From the NCBI RefSeq assembly GCF_018350175.1, contig NC_058368.1, positions 236,594,001 through 236,658,000 of the forward strand: a DNA stretch of 64,000 nt, written 5' to 3'. How positions within the stretch are numbered: the first letter of the stretch is position 1; every line of letters starts with the position of its first letter. Under the pieces are notes generated by a model. That model had not been told where the DNA came from and made no database searches. It saw nothing but the letters and a program-made list of their open reading frames with translations. Below are positions 13,244-26,299 of the stretch, piece after piece. The stretch is from Felis catus. Lineage: Eukaryota. Both the position numbers and the translations under genes were made by a program.

Positions 13244-14112
13244 AAGACACGTTTTAAACAAAACAGCGTGTTAGAAAACTATGGGTTACTTTCACAAGAC
13301 AATTAGTCTTTCAGCAAACTCATGTTTAATTTATTGGAAAAGTGTGCTGTGGTTACAGAAGAAGACAGGCTTTCTCAGATGCACCTGTGCTGACAGGCAT
13401 CACTGCATCTTGGGGTAGGGCACTCTCTCCTCATGTGTCTATACTGACTGCTTTCCCACTGTGTGTTTTGTAGTTAGGTCTTATTTTTGCCTAGTTCTTG
13501 TTTGAAAAACTGATAAAACAATTGTTAAGAAAAGAGTGAGCTAAGCAAGACAATTGATTATAATAAGCAAAGAGGATATTATTGCAAGCAAGTAGCTGTT
13601 AACCATATTGACTGGACACCAGGAACAAATGTTTTAAGCATTTTGTATCCTAATATGATACTTTAATTGTGTCTCTGTTGTGTTTTATAATATTAATTGC
13701 ACATTTGGGACTGATGTGTCATACACTGTAATTTTTCTCACGTGCAATATTTGGAAATAAATTCCTCGTTAGCATTTAGAAGAATGTCTTATTGTTAGGA
13801 ATGAATTATGATACTAAGTGAGGGTGGAGAGGAGTGTCTTATATATAGTTTTCTTAAAACACATGCTGGAAAGTTAGAGTGGATTCAAGGCCAAGGCTAG
13901 CCCATAAGGCCTATTCTCTATGGATTGGGAAGGGTCAGGGCTTGACCAGTGGACTGATTTGCACCCCTCCTTCCATCAGACAATGGCTCCCATATCCTGC
14001 ATATAGCATGCACTGGCCCTGAGGAGGAGAAGGGCCAGGGTTGTTAGATCCCACACTAGGTGCTTTTCAGATGAAACCACTTAGTTTTGATGTCATGAGC
14101 CCATGAGTTAGG

Positions 14113-14230
14113 CACCATCATCCAAATGTCACAGACCTGAATAATGAAGTTAGACAGGTCTGACAAAGTGCCCAAATTTGCATGTCTAGTCAGTGGCAGA
14201 ACAGGGACCCAAACTCAGGGCTGTCTGACA
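14113..14230 (-). mobile_element. MIR fragment
   Basis: TGCCCAAATTTGCATGTCTAGTCAGTGGCAGAACAGGGACCCAAACTCAGGGCTGTCTGAC resembles the antisense MIR core. Confidence 0.65.
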
Positions 14231-14386
14231 TGGAACAACTCTCCTGAGAAAAAGAATAAGAGAAGCAGAGAAAATGAGAAAGAGAGAGAGAGACTGCAAA
14301 CTCCAGAGATTAGTCAATATTCTATGTGCTTCCTGTGACTAAGACATAAGAAATAAAGGACTCAGTGATTATCAAAGAAAAATAAC

Positions 14387-14468
14387 TAAGGAATGACAGG
14401 AAGTGGCCATGTATAGAAAGGTTAGAAAAATAAGGAATGACAGGAAGTGGCCATGTATAGAAAGGTTA
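14387..14468. repeat. Exact 38-bp direct duplication (period 44)
   Basis: TAAGGAATGACAGGAAGTGGCCATGTATAGAAAGGTTA at 14387-14424 and 14431-14468. Confidence 0.95.
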
Positions 14469-15702
14469 CTTAACCTTTATGGAAGTCCATTAACCTAAAG
14501 TGAACTGGTAAGGAGAGTAGATAGCATCTGATTGAGGGAAAGAGAAGAAAGAAGTGATCTGTGACTTTGTTAAACATCAGATGCTTGCAGAAGTATAGAA
14601 GACACCTTCACATTTTTGCCTTCAGCCTGCCAGTGGCCAGAAAGCAAGCTCTAGTCATATAATGCTAATCCGTTTTTCCAGATCAATGTTTCCAGGGAAA
14701 GGAGAAGAAGGCTAAGATGGGTGACGAGTGGAATGGTCTTCAGGAGACAATGACTCCAAGGAGACATATAGGCAACAATAAGCACTTTGAAAGAAGACAG
14801 AAGGGAGGTGATCTCCTCACTACCCCCAAGAGCAGAGCCATATCCTTGGAGCAAATTCAGTTTAACCAACCTCACTCAAGAGACAAATACACTAACACCC
14901 AAGTAGACTCCTGAAGTCATGGTGAAGACTGGTATTGTTAATAGGACCCGGTCACCTCTGCTCTAGACAACCCATCTGTCCCTGTGGGAAATAACATGAG
15001 CAGCCTAATTATAATCCAGATGCAAGAAAACAATCAGGGAAGGAGCACAGAAGTGTCACTTGAAGATTCTCTGCACCAGCTGCTCCTGAAAGGCTGTGTC
15101 CTTCTTCCTCACTTGATGCCTTCTCTGGGGCATCTCTTCTGATGTGCTCTCCTCCAGAAGCACCAGGATGGTCTCCACACCCACCAAACCTTGCTTTGTT
15201 TTTTGACATTCTATAGGACAACCAGCAACCCCCCCCCCACACACACACACACATGCTAGTCTTGCCCAGCAACACCTGGGAGAAAAGCTTTATACCTCCT
15301 CCCACCTACGGCCCCCACAGCTGGCTCAGGTGGTTTGGACATGTCTCCGGGTTCTTCCTGTGCCTGTAGAAGTGACTCCCAAGTCCTCTCTGACTCATCC
15401 TGCACTTCAGTGCCCTGCAAAACACTTGATACATAGGAGATCCCATAAATATTTAGATGATTCAATCAACTAAATTGTGAGGTACTAACAGAACTTCAAT
15501 AATTACCATAGAATCAAAGTGAGGAAGCACAGCTCAGAAGGGACACAACCCTGACTTCACTGACCCGCTGAGGTCACAGCATGGACAGGGTGCTTATGCC
15601 AATGTGGCCAGCCTTTGTCAATTTGCAAACCTTTGCTCCCACATTGTCTCCCACCTGAGTCTCTGTTATTCACATACATTTTTTTTTTTTGCAATATACA
15701 TT

Positions 15703-16060
15703 TGCCCTGCACTGACTGTATTCCCCAGTGACCCATATGTTGAAGCCCTGATGCCCAGTGTGAAGGTACTGGTGGTGGAGTCTCTGGGGGTGGTCAGGGT
15801 TACATGAGGTCATGAAGGGGAATCCTGATGAGGTTGGCATCCTTATAAGAACAGACAACAGAGAGCTCTCCTTCTTCCCCACATGAGGACACAACAAGAA
15901 GTCACTATCTGCACTGTGGAGGAGGGCTCTCTCTAGGACCCAACCCTGGGAGCCCCCTGACCCCCAACTTTCAGCCTCCAGACTATGAAGAATAATGTCC
16001 ATTGTCTAAACCACACATCTGTGGTATTTTGTTTAACAGCAGCCTGAGTATACCAAGACA
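15703..16060 (+). mobile_element. MLT1A-like MaLR solo LTR
   Basis: TG...CA termini, CATATGTTGAAGCCCT, CCTTATAAGAA, CTTTCAGCCTCCAGACTATGA, TGTGGTATTTTGTT; perfect 5-bp TSD ACATT at 15698-15702 and 16061-16065. Confidence 0.9.
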
Positions 16061-17336
16061 ACATTTCCTTCTATTTTTTTTTTTATTATTTACAAGTATT
16101 GAGTATTTTTCCAAATCACCATATTCCTAAGTTACTTCATTAACAAAACTTACACTTCTGGGATATGAGTGTCACATGACTAGGGAATTAGCTCTCATTT
16201 ACTAACTTAACCCATGACCTGCTTGGTCTGAAACTGAGTCAGTGCATCACTTGCACAAAAATGATGTCAGTGAAATAATGGCCTGTTCTAATAGTTCACA
16301 TAATACATCATAATTTTAATTTTCTTCGAGGTGTTACTTGTGAATATTCAGTTCAAAAGATTACTCAAATTAAATGTAGAAATGCATGTCTCTTCCTTAA
16401 AGAGTGTCTCCCATCCACGTCCCTGTGTCTGGGGTGCTCCCCAGCAGGGGTGTGCTGGTGTAAGGTGACTGGGTGCTCAGGGCCCCGCCCACCCCAAGGT
16501 AGCACCTATCTGGAGACAAGTATCATTATTTAGGGCATGATCACCCACCCCTCCCCTCTACCTGGCCTCTGTTTTGCATCTCCCCACTGATAGTCTGGAT
16601 CACCCACCATTCCCAGGCTGGGATGGAGACCTGAACTCAACACGATGTAGCACGCAGCAGAAATAAGAAAGGAAGCTCTTCCTGAGACTCACAGATTGAA
16701 GACGGGGAGCCCGAGCTTCACAGAAAAAGACCTGTTGATTTTGGTTCCCCTCAAATAACTTGGGTCAACAACACAAGGTGACTTTGAAAAAGGCAACGGT
16801 CTCCAGTAATAGAGCAAGAAGAACCATTTCTCGATCTAGCAGCATCACAGGACATGAAGATTCTAATTACTTTGGTCGCATTAACAAGGGACTCAACGTC
16901 CTGGGCTAGTGCACAGTGCTCAGGGAGATGTGGGACAGCAGGATGGGTGGGGAACGTTTGACCTCTGAGGCCCCCTGCAGGACCTTTGGCCAGCTGTGTC
17001 CTGGGCAGTGTTCTCTGTCTTCTGGAAGGAAGAGGGCAGAGACTTTTCTCTGAATCAGCCCAAAAGCCAAAGGGGGGAAATGGGAGGTTTTGGGTATCCT
17101 TCAGACAAGTGAGGGCAAACACTGAAATCAGGGAGTTGTGGGCTGGTGCTGTCTATCCGTGGGCAGAGGCTGGGAGTGGTGGGTGATCCAGACTATCACT
17201 GGGGGGATGTGAAACAAGGACCCAGCTCTGGTCTCGAGTAGGCTCTGGGCACTATTTTTTTTTTCTGCTGACCCAATGGTGTATTCTGCTCTTGCACCAT
17301 GGCCCCCCAAGGGGTCTTTCTTAAAATCCTCTTACT

Positions 17337-17610
17337 TTTCCCAACAGTTTTGTCGAGGTGAAATTGACGTACAAAGAACTGCACAGATTTCACATGTATC
17401 TTGTGATGAATTTGGATGCAGGCAAGGACACTCGTGACCTCATCACCACCATGAAAGGAAGAGACGTACCCAACACCTCCCAGACTTCCCTGTGTCCCTC
17501 TGGTTTACTGTTTTGTTTTTTCTGTTCGCCTTTTTCTTTCTTTCTTTTTTTTAATGCAATAAGAACACTTGACACAAGATGCATATCCTTCTAGCAAAGT
17601 CTGAAGTGAA
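17337..17610 (-). mobile_element. L1M 3' end fragment
   Basis: CAGTTTTGTCGAGGTGAAATTGACGTACAAAGAACTGCACAGATTT...ATCACCACCATGAA...AAGAACACTTGACACAAGAT, antisense L1MA/MB-type tail. Confidence 0.7.
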
Positions 17611-19082
17611 TGTCAGAAATGAAAGTGGCCAGCAGCTCTGGAAGGGTGAGAGCCTCCCAGCAATCAGGTTGACCTCCATCCACAGCTGAGGGAAGAAGGC
17701 ACAGATGCCCCAGGGGAGAAATCTCCTCAAAGGCTAGAATTCCAAGGACGCTGGTGAATGCCAGCTTGCGTCGAAGACCCACCCAACACACGGAGTTCAG
17801 AAATCCGTAACTGGATGGCACCTGATACAGGCGCTGAGTGACCAGCACCCTGTTTGGCATTGGGCACATTTTAATTTTACCCAAACATCTAGGTGACTTT
17901 CAACCACATAATTCCCGGGACAAAGTAATAAATAACCAGGAACTTCTCTGTTTTCTGGAATATCACGAACGTACAATGATGATTATTTTTACAGGTATTA
18001 TAGAAATTCTATAATGCTTTCCAAATAAAATGTCTATTTTGTAGACTCTATGGGACCTAGTTTAATTTAAAATTCTAATGATCTGAATGCTTATTTACTG
18101 TAATGTATCAATTATAATAAGGGTAGCAAATGAGTTAATAGTATTATCATTAAAACTGACACATGCTATAAAATAAAATAATGATATCTTATGATTTCTA
18201 ATAATTAAAGATGAAGCAAATCAAGAATCCAAATCCTTCCAAGCTTGAGCTGTAAATATTGACAATAGGGGCACATTTCTCCTCGCTGACTCTGGGAGAG
18301 GCTTGTGGTTCTTTGCTCCGAGCGTGGCTCCTTCTATCGAATAAGCCTTATTTGTGTCTTAGATCACAACGCTCCCAAAACCATTTTTCTGACCTTCACA
18401 TTCGACTTTGATTCTGCATCAACCATTTAAATAGGAAAATAGTAAGCCGGCGTGAGTCAGATAAAGCCTGTACCTGGGCAGATTTCCACAATGGAAGAAG
18501 ATGCTGGTGTTTGCCACGGGCATATGGAAGAGATAAAAGTCAGATAAAAGCCTTTTTAAGGACAGAAAATAATGAATATAAGGGAAAAGGGGGAAAGGAG
18601 AAGAGTGCTGTTGTTTGTTTGTTTTTTTCCTTAAGTGCAAAGAAAAAGTTTTTTAAAGAAAAAAAATATATATTTTCCCTTCCCTGAGCAACCGTCTGCC
18701 CTGGTCCTTTCAGATGAATGAAGCGTTTACGTCCAGGCACCTTGACATTTTGAAAAGCTGGGGACTCAAGTGGCTGAGCTCTAAGGCCAGTCCTGCAGTA
18801 GCTGATTCTTACATTTAATGGAATGCAGGGTCATTTCCCAAGAGCTGTTTAGGGGACCTTTGTCGCTTCAAAATGCTATTCTTCCCTCAGAAGTGCCTAA
18901 AGCTGATTATTAAGCATGATTCATAAATTCGTCAGAACGTGATCAAGTTAGGTTTATATATTCAGGCAGTGACAGAAAGCAGCCGTGTCTCCAGACGTAG
19001 TGAATACTCCCGAATGGCTTCTAGGGGGTATTTTTAATTTTTTTCCTGTTTGCTTCCTTTTATTTGTACAGTATCCTTTTTG

Positions 19083-19187
19083 GAAGAAGAAGGAGGAAGA
19101 GGAGGAGGGGGAGGGGAGGAGAAAGAGCAGGGGGAGGAGGGGAAGGGGGAGGAGGAGGAGGAGAAGGGGAGGAGGAGGAGAAGGAGA
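19083..19187. repeat. GA-rich low-complexity tract
   Basis: (GGA/GAA)n-like purine tract. Confidence 0.9.
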
Positions 19188-20522
19188 ATCCATTTACATG
19201 TATTTAAGGATGGGAGACAGAAGGCTGCCCAACCCAGGTGAAACCCACTCATCTGGGGAGCCGAGGGGACAGGAAACAATGACACATGGCCACATTTCTG
19301 ACACACTGTCAGCACTGAACACATTTCAGTTTCCTCATTCCATTTATGAGCTTGACTTCCAGGGTGTGGTTGGGGGGGCAGTGAGAGCCTCTCTCACATT
19401 CGGCCACGGGTTCTTTGCCCCCAACAGCACCCCACAAGCATGCCTAGCCTAAGGCCAGGAGCATATTCACATTAGAATATTTATGTTACTTGTATTTGTC
19501 AGGACAGACAATTATGAAAAACAAATTTGGAGTCCTGTTTATTCTTCCACAGACTACGAGGGAGCAAACAAAATGGCGGCCTTGCCTGGACCGTGGTCCA
19601 GGCTGGGGACTTTCCAGGCACTCTCCCCTCATCTAGCCCTGCGCTCACACACCGTTTTACTTTATCATGAGCCCCCCCGGCTTTTAATCATGAGATACCG
19701 CATGTGGCCTGATTCATTACCAAGAGGCCAGAAAATCTAAAGTCTCAAGTTTCAATTCAATCAGTTGTCCTTCTGAGGCAGAAATTTTCCTTAGCTTCTA
19801 TCTCTCCCCTGCACTGACTGTGGCACAGACATGGCAATGGCTCATTTCAAGACGAGTTGAAAGTCTCAGTTACCTCAGGGTGAGATTGTTAGCACAGAAG
19901 GGCCACACAAGAGTCTGTGCGGTGTTCATCTTGATGGGTCCACTGTTCGTATCATCTGTAGGATAGAGGTCAGTTGAAGTTGTAAGTTTGGGTGTACAAG
20001 TGTCCAGGGACACAGATGCTACCAAGCCAAGAAGATACTGCCGAGGACAAACTTCGAAAAATAAGATGCTAAGTTAATAATACCTGTAGAATTCCTTGGT
20101 TTGGGAACTCTTTACCTTCTAGTACTCCATTTGCTCCAAGCTCCGCCTGAGACGTTACTTAGCTGAAGAACCAAAACTCTGGAAGGAAGTTTCAGAATTT
20201 TGTTGTTTCAAAGATAGCGTAAGTATTAATAAAAGGTGGAGGCTGTTGTCTTCTGTTTATGTCAGGTGTTCGTTGCATAAAAAAAAGAAAGACCAGCACA
20301 ACACATTTGTTTATGCATTCTGTTATAATCCTTAGACATGCACTGTTAAATAAGTTATAAGCAGGGGACACCAAGCTGACACGAGCATGTGGTTTTATCC
20401 CTCTACACTGACAAGTGGTTTTTCACAGAAATAAAATTCTTTCAGTGTTGGGATTATGCAGGAACACAGTTCAGTGGTTGTCCTTCAGAGATCAGAACCT
20501 CGGTTTTCATCTTGTAGGAGGA

Positions 20523-20899
20523 TGTTCTGGGCGAATTATGTCCTCCACCCCCACAAATCGGTATGTTGGAGTCCTAGCCCCAGTGCCTTGGGATGTGACT
20601 GTGGTTGGAGATAGAGTCTTTGCAGAGGTAATTAAAGAAAAACGAAGCTTTAAAGGTGGGCCATAATTCGATCTGACCGGTGTCCTTGGAAGAAGAGGAG
20701 ACGAAGGCACAGACCCACACAGAGGGATGACCACATGAGGCCACAGGGAGATGGGGGTCTACATGCCAAGGGGGCACCCCAGCTCTGCCGACATTCCCAT
20801 CTTGGACTTCCAGCCTTCAGAACCAGGAGAAAATACGAGTCTGTTGTCAAGCTGCCCAGCCCATGAAATATTGTTACGGCTTCCGAGCAGAGTAATACA
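20523..20899 (+). mobile_element. MLT1B-like MaLR solo LTR
   Basis: TATGTTGGAGTCCTAGCCCCCAGT...GTGACTGTGGTTGGAGATAGAGTCTTTGCAGAGGTAATTAA...TCTTGGACTTCCAGCCTTCAGAAC...TAATACA. Confidence 0.88.
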
Positions 20900-21399
20900 G
20901 AAGGTAAACGATTTTACCTTTATTTTTTTTATTTTTTATTTTTTGCAGTTACCTGTCGATCATTTGGGCTACCTGTACTTTATCTTAAGGATATGCTCAT
21001 AGAAACCTTGAATCCACAACCCACTGGGAATAGATGCGTGCCCTTTCCGAGACGGTAGGCCCGGAGGCAGAGACTGAAAGATGACCATCTGGTCAGCCTC
21101 AGGTAGGTGGGAACGCGATGCTTCTACGTGCGGCGAGAGGCCTGCAGAAAAGACAGAAAGTACAGCCTCTGCCAGGCAGCATGTGACACGGCACCGTTAG
21201 GCTGAGTTGTGGGAGTCATCCCATGTGGCAATTCCCAAGTCTAAATCTGAATATTAAATGCAGGGGGCGAAAAGCAAATATTACAAAATGAATCTACTTA
21301 AAACAGAACCACGAATCTTATTACATTTCCAGCCACTATATGTTCATGCTTCAGCAACAGATGTTAATCTTTGGCAACGACCTCACTTCCACCAGATGT

Positions 21400-23050
21400 T
21401 TGGCAACACCCTCCCCCGCCCCTCACCCCCCTGCCCAGCTCTCCCGGAACAGAGCGTCGGCTTCTCGGCTGCACCCGGGACTCCACGAAAAGGTTCTGGT
21501 CTTGTGCTCTACTGGCTCAGGGTTTGGAAGGGCCCCACTGACCCAAACGGAGAAGCCCGGTCAGGAACCCCGGACTTACCGTAGGCTGCGGCTGCACCGG
21601 GGGTCCCGTGGGATGCAGAGGTACACAGAGGTGGCTAGGCATGCAGGCGTGGCCACTGTGCGCCCTCTGTGCGTCCCCAGCCTGGGTTCTCTGCCAGCTC
21701 GGGGCACCCAGGTGGTTGGGAATCCACCCGGGCGCCGGCCTCCTTAGCAGCTTGCTCTGTCCATCGGCCCGTTGGTCACGGACACGGGGCAACTGGCCCC
21801 GGCCTGTGACGAGCCGAAATGGCCCGAGCTGCACGCTTACTTCCCTCCTTCCCCATGGCAGACGATCAGCACGGGGATATTGCCTTGTTATTTTAAATTA
21901 AATGTTCGGAGGCCACCTGAGGCCCGAAGGTAAGCAATCTTAGACAAAATATCCTGAAAATATCCCGAATTTGGCCGGCGTTCTCCACAGCTTAATGAGA
22001 AGTATTCGGGCCATGTGACTGTAAGGGCATAATGACATCACACCCCTTCAGGTCGTGGTAAGAGAAGCTTGTGGAAGAGACGGAGGGGCCCATCCACTCT
22101 GCGGGTGTGGACCCCACACGTGCTTATTCACACCCTCACAGGCACACGTCAAGAAGGTCCCCGCCATCCCCACCGACGAGGCCCCCAGCAGACGAGGACG
22201 GTGACGGGGGCGCGTCTATCCACCCGATATTTAGGCACCCATCCTGGACGCACTCTGCCCCCCGCGTCTGGGCCCCCGGACCTCGCGTGGTGCTTCACGA
22301 GCAGATCAGGGACCCCGCAGACACTCAGATGCAAGAGGAACCTGGGTGGTGAGACAGCCTCAGGTGCAAGTGGGGAGCGGCCGGCCTGCTGGTGCTTACA
22401 AAGCCCAGACCCCAGCGTTGGCATCTCCTCGCTCACACCCCGTTGCTGCTAGGCTGTGTGCTCTCTGTGTCCGTCCACGTGGCGCATTCCGGGGACACGC
22501 GGCTGCTCCTTGGGCCAAGCTGGCTCATTCTCCCGGCGACACTCAGAGCTGCAGGTGCCTGCCTGACTCCTGCTCTCGCTGGGTGTTTCTCTGACTGTCC
22601 TGAGCTGATACCTTCTCTAGCCCCGCAGTCCCCAATCCGACCTTTCTGTGGGAACCTCCGTGCACTTGGGAGAGTCCCTGGGGGCCCCACTGTCCCCCTG
22701 CCCTGTTTCCTCATCGGCTCGTATCTGTCATTCTCCGTTGGCATCACACCTGGGGTCACAGGCCATGAAGGTCACGAGCATGTTGGGGATGGAGGGGACA
22801 TCTAGGCAGGTGAGTGGCCCTCGGCTTCTGCAGGCAGAGCAGGTAGGGCATAAGCGGGGAGGAGGCAGAGGGGGCGCCAGCAGCTCGTGGAGACCTTGGG
22901 GATCCCGTCCTGGTGGCCACCCAGGTTTGCGAGTGCCCTTCACCCGCCAAGCTCTGCTGGACCGGGACCAAGCAGGCTACTGCGCCCCCCCCTGCCCAAA
23001 GCCTAGTGTCCTGGGGGCAGCGGGTGGGGGGCGGGGAGGTGGATGGGGAC
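21400..23050. other. GC/CpG-rich unique region (weak CpG-island-like)
   Basis: CpG visibly more frequent than in flanks; no recognisable repeat or coding product. Confidence 0.45.
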
Positions 23051-24289
23051 ACATGCAGTTGAAGTCGAGCATAGGCATGTCTCTGATCCAGACGAGTCAA
23101 GGCCGCAGGAGGTGACCACTATGCTGAGTCCTAGGCTGAGGATACTTTGGGGGCAGGGCCTTGTCTTGGCTTCCAGGGCTGGGGGGCCAGAGATCTCCTA
23201 CCTGTCGAACAACCTGGAACAGTGGGCGGGTGGAAGGAATAATGACAGCAGAGTCCAGAAGAGGCCTATGTGAGGAGAGGGTGAGGCTCTGGTGGGAGGG
23301 TGGGTGGGGGGCAAGTGGACCAGGGGACGAGTGGCAGGGAAAGTCCAGGCTTACCCTTCTGTCCCTTTTAGCCTCACCTCAGCTGTCTGCACCCCAAGAC
23401 CTTCAGAGAACAGCATGTCTCCTCTGGGTTCTTCCTAGTCTCAGAGCAGCCCCATTGGGGGTCTATGCCCATTACCTGGGCCAGAGGGTTTCTAGAAAGT
23501 CCTGTCTTTCAGCAAACCTTCCACGGGACCCACCCAAGTTTCAGAGCGGCGCCCCAAGGGCACTTTGCCGTGGGGTATGTGCTTCTCAGTCGCTCAAGGG
23601 AGAGGATGTGACTATACCTTCAGAATCTCCCTGGCTTTCCGGCAGAGGTCCGGGTGAGTCTTCAAGCCTGGGGACAGTCTGGATGGTCTCGAAAGACGTA
23701 GACAATGGACAGTCTTGTCTAGTAAACACAGACCAATTCCTGTGCAGGGTGGGGCCACCACAGAGCATTTTAAGCAAGAGCCTCTACTGGGAAAGCATTT
23801 GCAAGAGCTGACTGGTGTAAACGCACTTTCAGTCGAAAGGAACACGGGTTGGAAAACGCTTGACTGTCAAGAACTCGCTGTGATGCCCGGTTTTCCCGAC
23901 CACTCCGGTGGAGGACGGAATTCTGATCCCAGGCGTCAGCCAAGGCAGGGCGCTCCGATTTCTTTTCCGGTGTCCCCAGCCCCTCCCTCCGCCTGTCCTC
24001 TGCCTCCTTTGCCTCCTCTTTTCCTTTACCCTCTTTCCCTTTTCCTCTGTGCTCATGTCTTCTTTTCACGTCCTCAGCTTCACATTCACCGATGTGCGTG
24101 TGCAAACAACACACAGACGCTACGGAAGTGTGAGCCCCCAGGGTCCCCCGAGTTTGTCCTCATAAAGAAACCACACATTAGGGCTGACACTTACTGGAAG
24201 CTCACATGGAGGGAGCGTCCAGATCTGCTGACGGAGACACAGCTGGGCTCCTGAGGACTGGGCTCTGGTGCCCTCTGTCCTCCTGCACA

Positions 24290-24885
24290 CTCCCTCCTCC
24301 CAGGGCCCCCTCCTCCCTCCTTCCTTCTCCCTCTGCCCTCCTCCCTCCTCCCTCCTTCCTCTTCCCTCTGCCCTCCTCCCTCCTCGCTCTGCTCCCCTCC
24401 CTCCTCCCTCCTCCCTCCTTGCTCTGCTCCCCTCCCTCCTCCCTCCTTCCTTCTCCCTCCGCCCTCCTCCCTCCTCCCTCTTTCCTCTTCCCTCTGTCCT
24501 CCTCCCTCCTCCCTCCTTCCTTCTCCATCTGCCCTCCTCCCTCCTCCCTCTGCCCTCCTCCCTCCTCCCTCCTTGCTCTGCTCCCCTCCCTCCTCCCTCC
24601 TTCCTTCTCCCTCTGCCCTCCTCCCTCCTCCCTCCTTGCTCTGCTCCCCTCCCTCCTCCCTCCTTCCTCTTCCCTCTGCCCTCCTCCCTCCTTGCTCTGC
24701 TCCCCTCCCTCCTCCCTCCTTCCCTCTCCCTCTGCCCTCCTCCCTCCTTCCTCTTCCCTCTGTCCTCCTCCCTCCTCCCTCCTTCCTTCTCCCTCTGCCC
24801 TCCTCCCTCCTTCCTCCTCCCTCTGCCCTCCTCCCTCCTTCCTCCTTGCTCTGCTCCCCTCCCTCCTCCCTCCTCCCTTGCTCAG
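24290..24885. repeat. Polypyrimidine complex tandem repeat (VNTR-like)
   Basis: Built from CTCTGCCCTCCTCCCTCC, TTCCTTCTCC and TTGCTCTGCTCCCCTCCCTCC modules; essentially no A on the + strand. Confidence 0.93.
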
Positions 24886-25406
24886 ATGCCAAGGGCTCTT
24901 CCTGTCTGTTGCCTTGGTGCTTCTGTTCCACTCTCTTCCTGCCCACTGACTACCTCTGCCCCTCCTCTCTTGTTCTTTCCTTTTTTCCTAAAGCTTTTAT
25001 TCTTCATTTTATTTCACACTAGACATTCTTTCCTTTTAATCAAATATTAGGTGTTGTCCTTTCTGAGTACATTTTAAGATCCACATTATATTTATACATG
25101 AAAATGAGAAGTGCTTTGGTGTATATGCCGTCCTATATATTAGCCACTAAGACTCACTATGAACAAATATTTCTGCCATGGCGTTGTACTAGTATCTAGC
25201 TCTGAGGCTAGAAAAACAAATGCATACCTACCAGAAAGTATATTTGTCTATCGTTTTCAATGTTACGAAACTTTAATAACATAATCTAAGGATTATTGGT
25301 CAACAAGGTACGTCATGTTCCTTTGTTTCATCTGGTTTTTTTTTCATGAAATCTGTGTTTTTGGTTAGATTAATTTAAAAACAAAAGTGTTATGCATTCA
25401 CTAGCC

Positions 25407-25852
25407 CAATGGTCCTCCTACTTTGCAGGCTCAATACACTTTCATGTTTTTAAAACTTACTGAAAATCCCAAAGAGCTTTGTTCCTGTGAGTTTGATCTA
25501 TTAATATTCATGATATTAGAAATTGAAATTGAGAGCAGTATTAAATGTCCATTGATTAATTTAAAAATGAAGCCATGGCGTGTTGACACATGTCACATAT
25601 TTTTGTGAAAATAACTATATTCTCCGAACCAAAAACGAAAACGATTAATGGCCAAGGTGGCAGAGTGTTAGTTTTGCGAATCTTTCTTTATGTCTGGTTT
25701 GATAGAGGCAGCCAGATTTCCTCTCTGCTTGCGTGTTCAACCCCTGAGGATATCCCACATCCTATGTCCTCCAGAAAAGCCCACTGTCCAGTTGTGAAGG
25801 AAAAAACGAGGAAATGAAGGCACTTGAAGTCTTTGTGCTATTGTGGATAAGA
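25407..25852. mobile_element. hAT-Charlie DNA transposon relic (Charlie1/MER119-like)
   Basis: CCCAAAGAGCTTTGTT...ATATTAGAAATTGAAATTGAGA...ATATTTTTGTGAAAATAACTATATT...TATGTCTGGTTTGATAGAGGCAGCCAGATT matches my recollection of the Charlie1-derived consensus. Confidence 0.72.
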
Positions 25853-26085
25853 ATACAAAACCTGACAAGTGCTTAAGGTCCGAACACGTGTGGCTGAGAT
25901 GAGCGCATTGTTCCCTACATCTGCACGCCGGTGAGTGTTGGAAATTGATGAGTAATCAGGAAAACATACTTGGAAAGATATTGCTAGAAATGTATTAATA
26001 CAGCCCTCTCAATTTTCAAGTGAGCAAAGTGATATATGGGCAAGTTTACACAATAATTGAATTCACACAATCAGGTGGGCCCAGA

Positions 26086-26299
26086 GGGGTGCCTGGGTGG
26101 CTCAGTTGGTTGAGTGTTGGACTTTGTCTCAGGTCATGATCTCTTAGTTCCTGGGATGGAAACTTGCATCGGGCTCACTGCTGTTGGCACAGAGCCCACT
26201 TCAGATCCTTTGTCCCCCACTCTCTCTGCCGTTCCCCTGCTCGTATACTTTCTCTCTCTTTCTTTATTAAAAATAAATAAACTTTAAAAACAGAAAAAG
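26086..26299 (+). mobile_element. Can-SINE (older subfamily)
   Basis: GGGGTGCCTGGGTGGCTCAGTTGG head, CT tract, A tail; TSD AGGTGGGCCCAGA (26073-26085) / AGGTGGGCCTGGA (26300-26312). Confidence 0.93.

Noticed and set aside
14387..14468. CRISPR-like direct repeats (also 60416-60475)
   Set aside because: Only two copies with little or no spacer, mammalian context, no cas genes.
15703..20899. Two same-strand MLT1 LTRs as a possible intact provirus
   Set aside because: Different subfamilies, the first has its own TSD, and no MaLR internal sequence is recognisable between them.
22863..22880. Possible CTCF site (GGCAGAGGGGGCGCCAG)
   Set aside because: Only the 3' half matches the consensus, in GC-rich DNA; cannot be supported without a PWM scan or ChIP.
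23161..23811. 216-aa ORF
   Set aside because: Non-ATG start, random-looking composition, no family resemblance.
24191..25050. ORFs of 247-260 aa (P/S/L- or G/R/E-rich)
   Set aside because: Stop-free only because they lie in the C/T tandem array; open in several frames on both strands.
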